IMG/VR virus record: IMGVR_UViG_3300045988_149737
Length of the DNA: 64,000 bases
Direction: 5' to 3' (one strand)
Source of the DNA: a virus
Lineage: Duplodnaviria > Heunggongvirae > Uroviricota > Caudoviricetes
In this document: in pieces, positions 45,765-54,700 of the stretch
Position numbering within the stretch: position 1 is the stretch's first letter
Layout: each line of letters opens with the position of its first letter
The notes under the pieces: model-generated
Seen by the model: the letters and a program-made list of their open reading frames with translations, nothing else
What the model was told of the DNA's origin: nothing
Databases searched by the model: none
Made by a program: the position numbers and the translations under genes

Positions 45765-46640
45765 ATGCCATTACTGCGTGAAGAAGCTGAAAAGCTGTCT
45801 AACAACGAACTTGAACAGGGTGTGATCGAAACTATCATCGATCGCGATGACCTGTTTGCCATCCTGCCTTTTATGAAAATTAATTCAAAGGCATATCTGT
45901 ACAACCGTGAAAAAACGCTGAGTGAAGCTACCTTCATCGACGTTAACGACACCATCACTGAAGGTGCAGCAACCTTCGAAGAATGCGTTGCGAAACTGCG
46001 TATTCTGGCTGGTGACGTAGACGTTGATAAATTCCTGGCAACCACTATGGCCGACACCAATAACCAGTTGGCTATTCAGGTTCGTCAGAAAGTTAAAGGT
46101 CTGGCTCGTGCGTTCCGTCGCAACCTGATTTTGGGTGACTCCAGCTCCAACACCAAAGCGTTCGACGGCATTCCACGCCTGATGCACACAGATCAGAAGA
46201 TCGACATCGCAGGTGCATCTATGACTTTCTCTATGTTCGACGAACTGGTCGATGCGGTGAAAGATCTTGGTGCTGACTGCATCATGATGCGTTCAGAGCA
46301 CCTGCGTGCTTACCGTGCGCTGCTGCGTACAGTAAACGTAGGCCCGTCTGAAATCATGATGGAGAACTTCGGTCGTCCGATGCTGTGTCATAACGGCGTT
46401 CCGTTCATCATCAACGACTTCATCCCGACCGATTCTGGCAAAGCAAGCATCTACTGCCTGCATCTGTCAGAAGAGAACGGCGTTACTGGTCTGTATGGCG
46501 GCGACAACGCAGGTATCGTTGTTGAAAACATTGGTACTGTACAGAACAAAGACGCAGTACGTACCCGTGTGAAGTGGTACTGCTCTCTGGCGAATAAGCA
46601 CGATAAGGCTATCGCTGCACTGACCAATGTAAAAATTTAA
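45765..46640 (+). CDS. major capsid protein (HK97-fold type, by position)
   Basis: 291 aa after scaffold; RBS aaagggaa; strong terminator follows. Confidence 0.7.
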   Translation: MPLLREEAEKLSNNELEQGVIETIIDRDDLFAILPFMKINSKAYLYNREKTLSEATFIDVNDTITEGAATFEECVAKLRILAGDVDVDKFLATTMADTNNQLAIQVRQKVKGLARAFRRNLILGDSSSNTKAFDGIPRLMHTDQKIDIAGASMTFSMFDELVDAVKDLGADCIMMRSEHLRAYRALLRTVNVGPSEIMMENFGRPMLCHNGVPFIINDFIPTDSGKASIYCLHLSEENGVTGLYGGDNAGIVVENIGTVQNKDAVRTRVKWYCSLANKHDKAIAALTNVKI

Positions 46641-46674
46641 TCAGTGAAGTAGATAAGTAATTATCTATGTTAAA

Positions 46675-46700
46675 GGGTGGGCTATACGCCCACCCTTTTT
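46675..46700 (+). terminator. rho-independent terminator after capsid gene
   Basis: gggtgggc-tatac-gcccaccc followed by ttttt. Confidence 0.65.
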
Positions 46701-46713
46701 GTAGGAGCGAGAA

Positions 46714-47634
46714 ATGCCAGAACAAAAGATGAAGATTACGGAAGAGGCATTTTCGGATTTTACGGGGCATATGTGCCGTGCCGGATTTACCAATTCTATC
46801 TCCGATGAACCTTTAACCGAGCGACAACAAAGTCAGCTATCTGCTTGTTTGCAGGCGGTTCCCTTCTCCCAATCCGTAGACATAACCCCGGCTTCACCGT
46901 CAGTTTTGGTTGGGAAAACTGTTCAACTTAGTGCAGGTATTACTATGGGTAAGAGTGCCAGTTCATTCACCTGGAAGTCAGCCAATGATCAAATTGCAAC
47001 CGTCAACGGCACTGGATTAGTAACTGGCGTAGCACCAGGCAAAGTGAAAATTACCGCAACTGATCAGGAAACCCAGCTTTCCGCGTCAGTGGAAGTCACC
47101 GTAAATCCGGTAGCCGTTCAATCCGTAACGGTAACGCCAGACTCAACCTCTGTTGAGAAAGGGAAATCAGTCAGTCTGAAAGCGAATGTTCAGCCGTCAA
47201 ATGCGACGAATAAGGCAGTTACTTGGTCTTCCAAAAATGAAGACAAGGCAACGGTAGACCAGAGCGGGAACGTTACTGGTGTAGAAGTTGGCACTGCGAC
47301 GATTGAGATCGTTTCCCAAGATGGCAGCAAAAAGGCAACTGCAACGGTGGAAGTAACTGCGCCTGTTGTGGCTGTTACTGGTGTCGAAATCGACCCAAAT
47401 AGCACAACCGTTGAGGCAAACAAAACTGTTCAGCTGACCGCAAATGTCGAGCCGGCAGGAGCCACAAATAAAACCGTTACTTGGGAATCCAAAAATACCG
47501 AGTTTGCAACGGTTGACAGCGAAACCGGTGTTGTAACTGGTGTTGCGGCTGGTACTGCCACAATCGAGGTTACTACCCAAGATGGTAGCCACAAAGCGAC
47601 AGCAACTGTAGAAGTTACTGCCGCACAGGAATAA
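46714..47634 (+). CDS. Ig-like (Big_2-type) repeat protein, putative capsid decoration
   Basis: Three repeats of the pattern TV...V.A.V.P..ATNK.VTW.S.N...ATVD..G.VTGV..GTATI. Confidence 0.7.
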   Translation: MPEQKMKITEEAFSDFTGHMCRAGFTNSISDEPLTERQQSQLSACLQAVPFSQSVDITPASPSVLVGKTVQLSAGITMGKSASSFTWKSANDQIATVNGTGLVTGVAPGKVKITATDQETQLSASVEVTVNPVAVQSVTVTPDSTSVEKGKSVSLKANVQPSNATNKAVTWSSKNEDKATVDQSGNVTGVEVGTATIEIVSQDGSKKATATVEVTAPVVAVTGVEIDPNSTTVEANKTVQLTANVEPAGATNKTVTWESKNTEFATVDSETGVVTGVAAGTATIEVTTQDGSHKATATVEVTAAQE

Positions 47635-47678
47635 CCGATATTGGGCGGCTTTCGCCGCCTAAGTGGAGAGAAAGCGTT

Positions 47679-48113
47679 ATGAAACCAGCAAAAATTGTTT
47701 TATTAGAACCGCAATTTTCCGGTTATTCGGGAATGCTGTGTGGCGTTCATTTCGAGAACGGGGTATCCGTAGCGGAGTTGCCTTTTATCGATCAGCAGAG
47801 GATTTGTGCTTCAATGCGAGCGTCAACAGTAGAGGGCAAAAATGTTTCTCCGTCTGCTGCATACAGTGATCGTGGTGAATTGACCGCAGACATGATTACC
47901 GAGCCAACAGCGCCTGACATTGTGCCAATGAAACGTGGGACACCAGATGAACCGGCCAAACAGATTCAGACTTTCACACGAGAAGAGTTGGAGTCAATTG
48001 CAGACAATGAAGGCATTGCCGGTCTACGTGTGATTGGTAATCAGGTTGGTGTCAAAGCGAAAGGAATTGTCGAGATGATTGAAGGCATCCTGAAAGCACA
48101 AGGCGGTGAGTAA
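47679..48113 (+). CDS. hypothetical head/connector protein
   Basis: 144 aa in the head-tail joining region. Confidence 0.45.
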   Translation: MKPAKIVLLEPQFSGYSGMLCGVHFENGVSVAELPFIDQQRICASMRASTVEGKNVSPSAAYSDRGELTADMITEPTAPDIVPMKRGTPDEPAKQIQTFTREELESIADNEGIAGLRVIGNQVGVKAKGIVEMIEGILKAQGGE

Positions 48114-48946
48114 TGGCGCAGATCGACTCGTATCGTAGCGGTGAAGCTGTTTCCCTTTCATTTGCCTTCAACGTGCTGGATATCGAATCTGCTACCTACA
48201 CAGTAAAGGACAGCACCGGGGCTATTCTCGTTGATGGCGAGCCGCTAGAAATTACCAGCGGTCAAATGTCGATTCCGGTTGTCGTGTCGGCTGAATATAA
48301 CCAGCTCTCTGAGAAAGAACGCGATCTGCGGTACGTCATTGTGAAGGCTGTTGCATCGGGTCTGACGCATGAAGAGCGGCAAATGTATGTTCTGCTGAAT
48401 AGTTTTGAACTGTCGATACCAGAACAGTCGTTTGCAACTGTCGCTGATGCTCAAATGCAGGCGATCGATATGCTGAATGGGGACACTTTGCTGTCGGATG
48501 GTGAAGGCTTAATGCGCAAGCGTCTCATTGAGGCTACCAGACGTATTAAAACTTTACCGTTCTCAATCCGCAAAATTCTACGTATCGACTTTGACCGATA
48601 CGATCGCCCTCAAAATATGCTGAATGTGTATGACATTCCGTGGGGAGCAGACGGAGCGTACCGGCATGATTTAGTCGATTGGGAAAAGATGACGCAGGAG
48701 AAGTTTGAAGAGTTACCTGACTACTTCAAAGAAGCGTTGATGCTTGCCGTTGTCAACGAAGCGTGTGAGATCGCAAATGGCAATGATGTAGCCTCAGCAC
48801 GAGAGGATGGCATTTTGTCAGAGTCCATCGGTGAAACAACCAACATGTACCGTACCGGTAAAGCTGCAAACGTGCATGTGGCTCGTAGTACCTGGCGCTT
48901 GCTGGTCAGTTACATTAACAACCGTATGATTGTTCGCCGTGCGTAA
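48113..48946 (+). CDS. hypothetical head/connector protein
   Basis: 277 aa; taATG overlap. Confidence 0.45.
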   Translation: MAQIDSYRSGEAVSLSFAFNVLDIESATYTVKDSTGAILVDGEPLEITSGQMSIPVVVSAEYNQLSEKERDLRYVIVKAVASGLTHEERQMYVLLNSFELSIPEQSFATVADAQMQAIDMLNGDTLLSDGEGLMRKRLIEATRRIKTLPFSIRKILRIDFDRYDRPQNMLNVYDIPWGADGAYRHDLVDWEKMTQEKFEELPDYFKEALMLAVVNEACEIANGNDVASAREDGILSESIGETTNMYRTGKAANVHVARSTWRLLVSYINNRMIVRRA

Positions 48947-49025
48947 CGCCAGTCGCATTATTTACTTTTGGTCTAAAGGGTTTTTGGCCAGTAATGAGAG
49001 CGACCGACAACAACAGGGAGAGAGC

Positions 49026-49370
49026 ATGAATATTTCATGGCAAACAGAAATTGCGATCTACCGCTTTGGCGCAAAGAACGTTTACGGTGAGGCGCAATTA
49101 CAATTCGTCAGGAAGACGAATGTCGGCGTGGTTAAGTTCGAACAGAGTAATGAGAAATCGTCAGTTCGTGCTGATAGCTCTGGTAGTCGTGGTAAGGCGA
49201 GTCTGGAGCTGTTTGATGCTGTGTTAGTTGTCCCTTTAGAAGCGGCTGTACAACTTGATGATGTGCTGATCCTTGAAGGTCAAAAATTAAAGGTGTCCAG
49301 TGTTCATCGCCGCTGGGGGCTACGAGGAAGACCTGGGCATCTTGAAGTGGGGGCGAATATATGGGTCTGA
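49026..49370 (+). CDS. hypothetical head-tail connector protein
   Basis: ATG at 49026 with RBS gggagaga; ORF track start 48930 overlaps the upstream gene. Confidence 0.45.
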   Translation: MNISWQTEIAIYRFGAKNVYGEAQLQFVRKTNVGVVKFEQSNEKSSVRADSSGSRGKASLELFDAVLVVPLEAAVQLDDVLILEGQKLKVSSVHRRWGLRGRPGHLEVGANIWV

Positions 49371-49834
49371 AATACGATGCGCATCAGTTCAAACGTGCGG
49401 GGAATAGACTCAACAACAGCCAGAAAGCATTTAAGCGATATCTTATTCGGGACATGGAAAAGCTGGCGCGTTTGGTTGAGCGTCTCAGCCGTGCAATGGC
49501 TCCGCTGGAAACCGGATCTCTGGAGACAGCTATCTTTGCCAGGGTGATTAAAGAAGGTTATTCAGGGCTGCGCATTGAGCTTTCTGTGTCTGGAGCAAAA
49601 CCACGTCAGGGGCATCCGGGCGTAGAAGTAGGTGACTATGCTAAGTACATGGAGCTGGGTAAATACCGACTCGGTTATCTTTCTCGAATGAAGAACGTGA
49701 CAAACCCACCAATTGCCGGTGTTAAACCCCGTGTTGGGCCACACTTTCTGGAAAGAGCGGTGGAAATTAGCGAGAAGCAGTTCTCAGAAGCGATTCTTGA
49801 GGCTGCCAGAAAAGCCGGTTTTACGAGAGGTTAA
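49361..49834 (+). CDS. hypothetical head-tail joining protein
   Basis: 157 aa; overlapping start. Confidence 0.45.
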   Translation: MGLKYDAHQFKRAGNRLNNSQKAFKRYLIRDMEKLARLVERLSRAMAPLETGSLETAIFARVIKEGYSGLRIELSVSGAKPRQGHPGVEVGDYAKYMELGKYRLGYLSRMKNVTNPPIAGVKPRVGPHFLERAVEISEKQFSEAILEAARKAGFTRG

Positions 49835-49835
49835 T

Positions 49836-50219
49836 GTGTTTATTGAAGCGTTTGCAAGTTTGATGCAGAAGGCAAAGATTGGCACGGTCGGGACTGATAT
49901 TTTCTGTCACTACTTGCCTGCCAATGTGAAATCTGGCGTCCTGCTTATTAACCCAAATACCGGTATCAGCATCGATCATGAGCTACAGGGCTTTTACCAC
50001 GAATCATTCACAATAATTGTGCGTGGTTCGTCAATTACTACGACGGTTGAGAAAGCCAATAAAATCATTGAGATGTTTCCAGTAGAGGAAACGGAATCTG
50101 GTGGTGTTTATTTTCGACTGGTACGACCGATGGCGATGCCAATCATTTATCCCAAAAATGATGGAGCATTAATAGAAGCAGGCATTCCAGTTGAATTTGC
50201 TGGCTATTTATTGAATTAA
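49836..50219 (+). CDS. hypothetical tail completion protein
   Basis: GTG at 49836 with RBS gagagg; ORF track start 49713 overlaps the upstream gene. Confidence 0.4.
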   Translation: MFIEAFASLMQKAKIGTVGTDIFCHYLPANVKSGVLLINPNTGISIDHELQGFYHESFTIIVRGSSITTTVEKANKIIEMFPVEETESGGVYFRLVRPMAMPIIYPKNDGALIEAGIPVEFAGYLLN

Positions 50220-50293
50220 GTTAATCGGTAAGTATATACTTACTGTTAGCGCAATGAATGCGTAGAATTAACGGAAAAAGGAGTTTTCCATCA

Positions 50294-51040
50294 ATGTCTA
50301 ATACCCATGTAAAAAACATCAAACTTGGTGCCTGTAAGGTGTCGTTTGGTGGTGTGGATTTGGGTTACACCAAAGGTGGTGTTCAGGTTGAAGTAGCCAC
50401 TGAAACGCTGAAAGTCACCGTCGATCAGTTGGGGCAGACCGTAATTTCCGAATTAGTTCAGGGGCGCAACATTACCATCACCGCGCCTCTGGCTGAGTCT
50501 GTACTCCAAAACATGGTTGACCTGATGCCTGGTTCTACTCTGAGCGAAGATGACAACTCTGTCACGATCACATCTGCACAGGGCGTTAACCTGATTGATG
50601 TGGCGAAGGAGCTGGTTCTGACTCCGCAGGACACCACCGACTATGTGTTGACCATCCCGAAAGCGGCAACCGCGGGCAACTTCACTATGACCTACCAGTC
50701 TGATGATGTTCGTGTGTTCTCTGTTCAGTTCAGCGCATACCCGGATGATGAAGGCGTTCTGGGCAAAATGAGCGGCCCTAAACCGGTAAAAACCGTGTCG
50801 ATCAAACCGGAATCTCCAAATGTAAAAGCAGGGGAGACTGTGCAACTGACAGCCGAAATCACTCCAGCTGATGCCGCAGACAAAACCGGTGTTTGGGAAT
50901 CCGAAGACCAGGAAAAGGCCACGGTAGATCAAACGGGTCTGGTACGTGGTGTGGCGCAGGGTTCTACAAATATCTCCTTCACCAGCAATAGCGGTGGTAA
51001 GAAGGCAACGAAGTCAGTAACGATTAACCCCGCAGATTAA
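50294..51040 (+). CDS. major tail protein with C-terminal Ig-like domain
   Basis: ATG at 50294 with RBS aaggag; C-terminal ~90 aa repeat the Big_2 pattern; position before chaperone and tape measure. Confidence 0.75.
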   Translation: MSNTHVKNIKLGACKVSFGGVDLGYTKGGVQVEVATETLKVTVDQLGQTVISELVQGRNITITAPLAESVLQNMVDLMPGSTLSEDDNSVTITSAQGVNLIDVAKELVLTPQDTTDYVLTIPKAATAGNFTMTYQSDDVRVFSVQFSAYPDDEGVLGKMSGPKPVKTVSIKPESPNVKAGETVQLTAEITPADAADKTGVWESEDQEKATVDQTGLVRGVAQGSTNISFTSNSGGKKATKSVTINPAD

Positions 51041-51095
51041 TCAGTAATTAAGCAGAGGCTCAGGATGGGCCTCTCTTTTAAAAGGATTTTAACCA

Positions 51096-51413
51096 ATGAC
51101 CAAATTACTCGATCTAGATTCCATTCTGCCTCCGAAGAAAAGCATCAAATTTGGCGGTCAGGAATATCCCATCGTTGAAATGACGGTAGGTCTGTTCGTT
51201 TCCATCAAGCAGATGGAAGGCAAAGATCTCATGAACATGTCTCCTGTTGAGCAAGTGACAGCTTATGCAGATCTGGTTCGTAAGGTTATCCCTTCAGTGC
51301 CTGATGAAGTTCTTGAAAAACTGACTGTTCCGCAACTCCAGCAGATCTTCACCTTCGCTATGGAAGTGATTGATGAAGAAAACGAAAAAGCGGCTGGCGA
51401 AGGGGCAAAGTAA
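51096..51413 (+). CDS. tail assembly chaperone (lambda gpG-like)
   Basis: 105 aa, acidic C-terminus, directly upstream of the tape measure gene. Confidence 0.6.
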   Translation: MTKLLDLDSILPPKKSIKFGGQEYPIVEMTVGLFVSIKQMEGKDLMNMSPVEQVTAYADLVRKVIPSVPDEVLEKLTVPQLQQIFTFAMEVIDEENEKAAGEGAK

Positions 51414-51763
51414 TTTCCCGCGATGAATCCGGGACAAGGACCGTCTCAATAGATCTCGGATTCTATTTCAGTCGTGTAGTTGCTCACTACGCCGTGTCGC
51501 CATTAGAGCTACTGAACGTTCCTCTCACGATGTTCTGGATGCTCAGTCGCAATATAGACCGTCTGCGTGCGGAAGAGGATGTCCGCAACTTACAAGTCGC
51601 TCGTGCGTCCCAGGCGGATGGCGAGGCTGTGAAGGCGTTCATGGAGGGTTTGCAACTCAGGATTGGAAGACCAGTCGTAACAGATAAAGTCTACGATCCA
51701 AGCCAGGATAAGGCAGACCCTGACGCCAAAGAGCAACTGATGCAAATATTTGGCAGAGGATGA
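51377..51763 (+). CDS. -1 frame extension of the chaperone (gpT-like; predicted frameshift product)
   Basis: The -1 frame is open from 51377 across the chaperone stop to 51763; candidate slip sites gaaaaag (51384-51390) and caaag-taa at the stop. Confidence 0.4.
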   Translation, partial: RKRKSGWRRGKVISRDESGTRTVSIDLGFYFSRVVAHYAVSPLELLNVPLTMFWMLSRNIDRLRAEEDVRNLQVARASQADGEAVKAFMEGLQLRIGRPVVTDKVYDPSQDKADPDAKEQLMQIFGRG

Positions 51764-54700
51764 CAAGGGAATGTCACAAAACGTAGAGTTTATCCTGTCG
51801 CTGGAAGACAAACAGTTTACAGCGTCAATCGATCGTGCGGGGAAACTGCTTACTCGATTTGGTGAGCAGGTAACAAAGCCTGCTCAAAAAATCCAAACCT
51901 TTGAACGCTCTTTGGGTTCGGTCGCCCGTATCATTGGCGTTCTGGAAAGCAAGCTCGATTCTACGGCAGATAAACTACAGGATGTAGCTGCCGGTTTTGA
52001 GCTTGCTTCAGATGCTACGCGTAAAATGCGTGGCAACATCACCAGCCTCAATTCTGGTCTTAAATCCCTGATTGAGCGCGTCGATACGACAACTTCTTCA
52101 GTAGATAAACTCACCGCGTCATTACGTAAAGTGCAATCAGAGCTAAATGATTTCTCTGATTGGGCGACCTATGCAAGCAAAAGCGCAAGCCGCTTTGGTA
52201 CGGAGGTCAAAGAAGCCTCTGCGTCCGTGAGTGGCATGAATACGCGCCTTAATACCACGACGAAGCGACTCAGTAATTGGGGTGTCACAACGAGTCAGGC
52301 TGCCGAGGGACTGAAAAAGGTTCGTGAGCAGATGGACGAAGTTATCGGACGTCAGCAACTGATTAGCAAGCCGGTACGCGTTCGTACATCTGGAAGTGGC
52401 GATGGTGGTAGCGGGCGGCGTAGCGGCGCTTCTGGCCATAGCGGTAAAAGTAACGAAGGAGGTATGTTCTCTGGCCTTCGTGGCAACATTTTCCTGCTTG
52501 GCGAGATCGGAGATGCAGCCAGAACGGTTACTGACATCATGTTTGGGTGGCAGAAGCCTATTGTTGAAGCTGCGGCCGAAATGGAACGTATGCGGGTGAT
52601 GCTTCGAGGGTTGAATAAGGAGAAGTCCAACCCGGGCCAGGCTGCCGCTGATGATATGAAGTACATCGTAGACATGGCGCAAAATGCGCCGTTCGCGATG
52701 CAGGCGTTAACAGATTCCTTCGTGAAGTTTCGTTCTGCTGGCTTAGATCCAACCGATGGTTCTCTGAAGGCGCTGGTGGACTCCGTTGCTCGTTTTGGTG
52801 GTGATAGTGAGCTGTTGAAACGTGCGGCTGTGGCCGTTCAGCAGATGTCCGGTAAGGGCGTTGTGTCAATGGAAGAGCTACGTCAGCAATTAGGTGAAGC
52901 CGTTCCTAACGCGATGCAGGCAATGGCAGACGCCGCAGGCATCACTATGGGGGAACTGACTAAAGCCGTTGCCAGCGGTACGGTTGAGGCAAAACAGGCG
53001 TTGTCTCTGATGTTTGTTGGTCTGCGTGCGGAGAATGAGAACGCAGCGAAAGACATGATGCAAACCTACACAGGTGCGCTGGCGCAACTTCAGACGTCAT
53101 TCACGTTATTTGCTGATCGGGTTGGTCAGGCCGGATATCTGGATTCTCTATCGAAGGGGATGAAAGAACTGGCTTCAATCATGAATAGCGCCGAAGGGAT
53201 TTCGTTTGCCAATTCTTTAGGCTCGGGGTTAACGACGGCAATCGATGGGTTGCGTCAGCTTGCTCAATGGTTAGCAAAGAACCAAGAGCTGGTAATTAAT
53301 CTCGGTAAGGTCGTGGCCGCGATGGTTGCGTTCAAACTGATGCGAGCAGGGATCATGGGGGTAGTTGGCGCAGGCAGCCAGATGGTTAGCACCTTTGCCA
53401 CGATGGCGACCGCCATACAGACTCCATTTAACCTCGGCGCTACAGCAGTAACCCGATTCAATCGTGCGGCACGTATGGGGCTGGCTCCGATCCCCTCTCT
53501 TATTTTCGCCATCCGTGGGGCGATTACGGGGCTTAAAGGCGCTTTTGCTGGATTAACGGCGTTCATTGCAGCAAACCCTATAGGGGCAGCATTTACAGTT
53601 GCCACTGTAGCTGTTGCTGGCCTAATCACGTACATGACCATGCTCCGCAGCGAAACTTCAAAGGTCGTTGACGAGATTAGGAAAATACCAGAGGCGATGA
53701 CGGCGGCCAAACGTGCACAAATGGCCGACCGCGCAGAAAAGCTCGAAAAGCAGATTCTTGCTGATCAACGAGCATTAAAAACTGGTGAGGGTGTTAATTA
53801 CGTATCTAACTCTGCCGGTGTTATTACTCACAAAGAGTCGAAGGCTGACATCGAAGCACGCCTGAAAAAAAATCAGGAGGAGTATCAAAAGATAACCGGC
53901 ACGATAGCTCTTGGTGACGGCGCTGTAGCAAAGCGTTTGGCTAAAGAGGCTGCCGAATCTCAGATTGAGAAAATTCGAGCGGAAAACCAGGTTTTCGCGG
54001 CAACATTCGTGAAAGCCCGGCAGGAGGCTCTGGATAAGATCCAGAAAATCAATGATGACGGTTCACTTTCAGATGACGAAAAGAACAAGCTATTGGCACC
54101 GTTACGTGAAACGGTAAACAAAAGCTATCTGGAGCCTGCGCAAAAACTGGTTGATTCACTTTCTTCTCGTAAGAATGCGACAGAGAAGCAAATTGCGACT
54201 CTTAATGATCAGCTTGAAAAAGCCAAAAAGGATGGAAATACCGAGCAGATCCAGAAACTGCAAGGCAGTATTCGTGGTTATCAGGAGCATTTGGAAGCCG
54301 TTGCTCAGGAGCTGACTCAGGCAGAGTTCGAGAGAGATAACGCGGCCAAAACTGGTAAGGGCGTAATGTCAAACCAGGGGACTGTTCTTGGGTTAGGTAC
54401 AACTGATAAAGCTGCTCAGAAGGCGTTGGCGCAATATATGCGAAACCAGATGGATTCTGCGACTTATCAGCGTACTTTGCCTGACGGCACTCCGATGATG
54501 GACTTCGAAGGTAAGCCGATTATTGGGCCTAAACAACTCAAGACGCAGCTTAATTTGCAGAAAGCATCCAGTGCCAGCTCTCTGGAGAAAATGAGCGATG
54601 AAGAGCGTGCCGCAGCCATTGCCGCACTTACTAAAGCTCGTGAACAGGATGCAGCAGCTGCCGAGAAAGCAGCCCAACGATCAGCTAACGCCTCGCAGCG

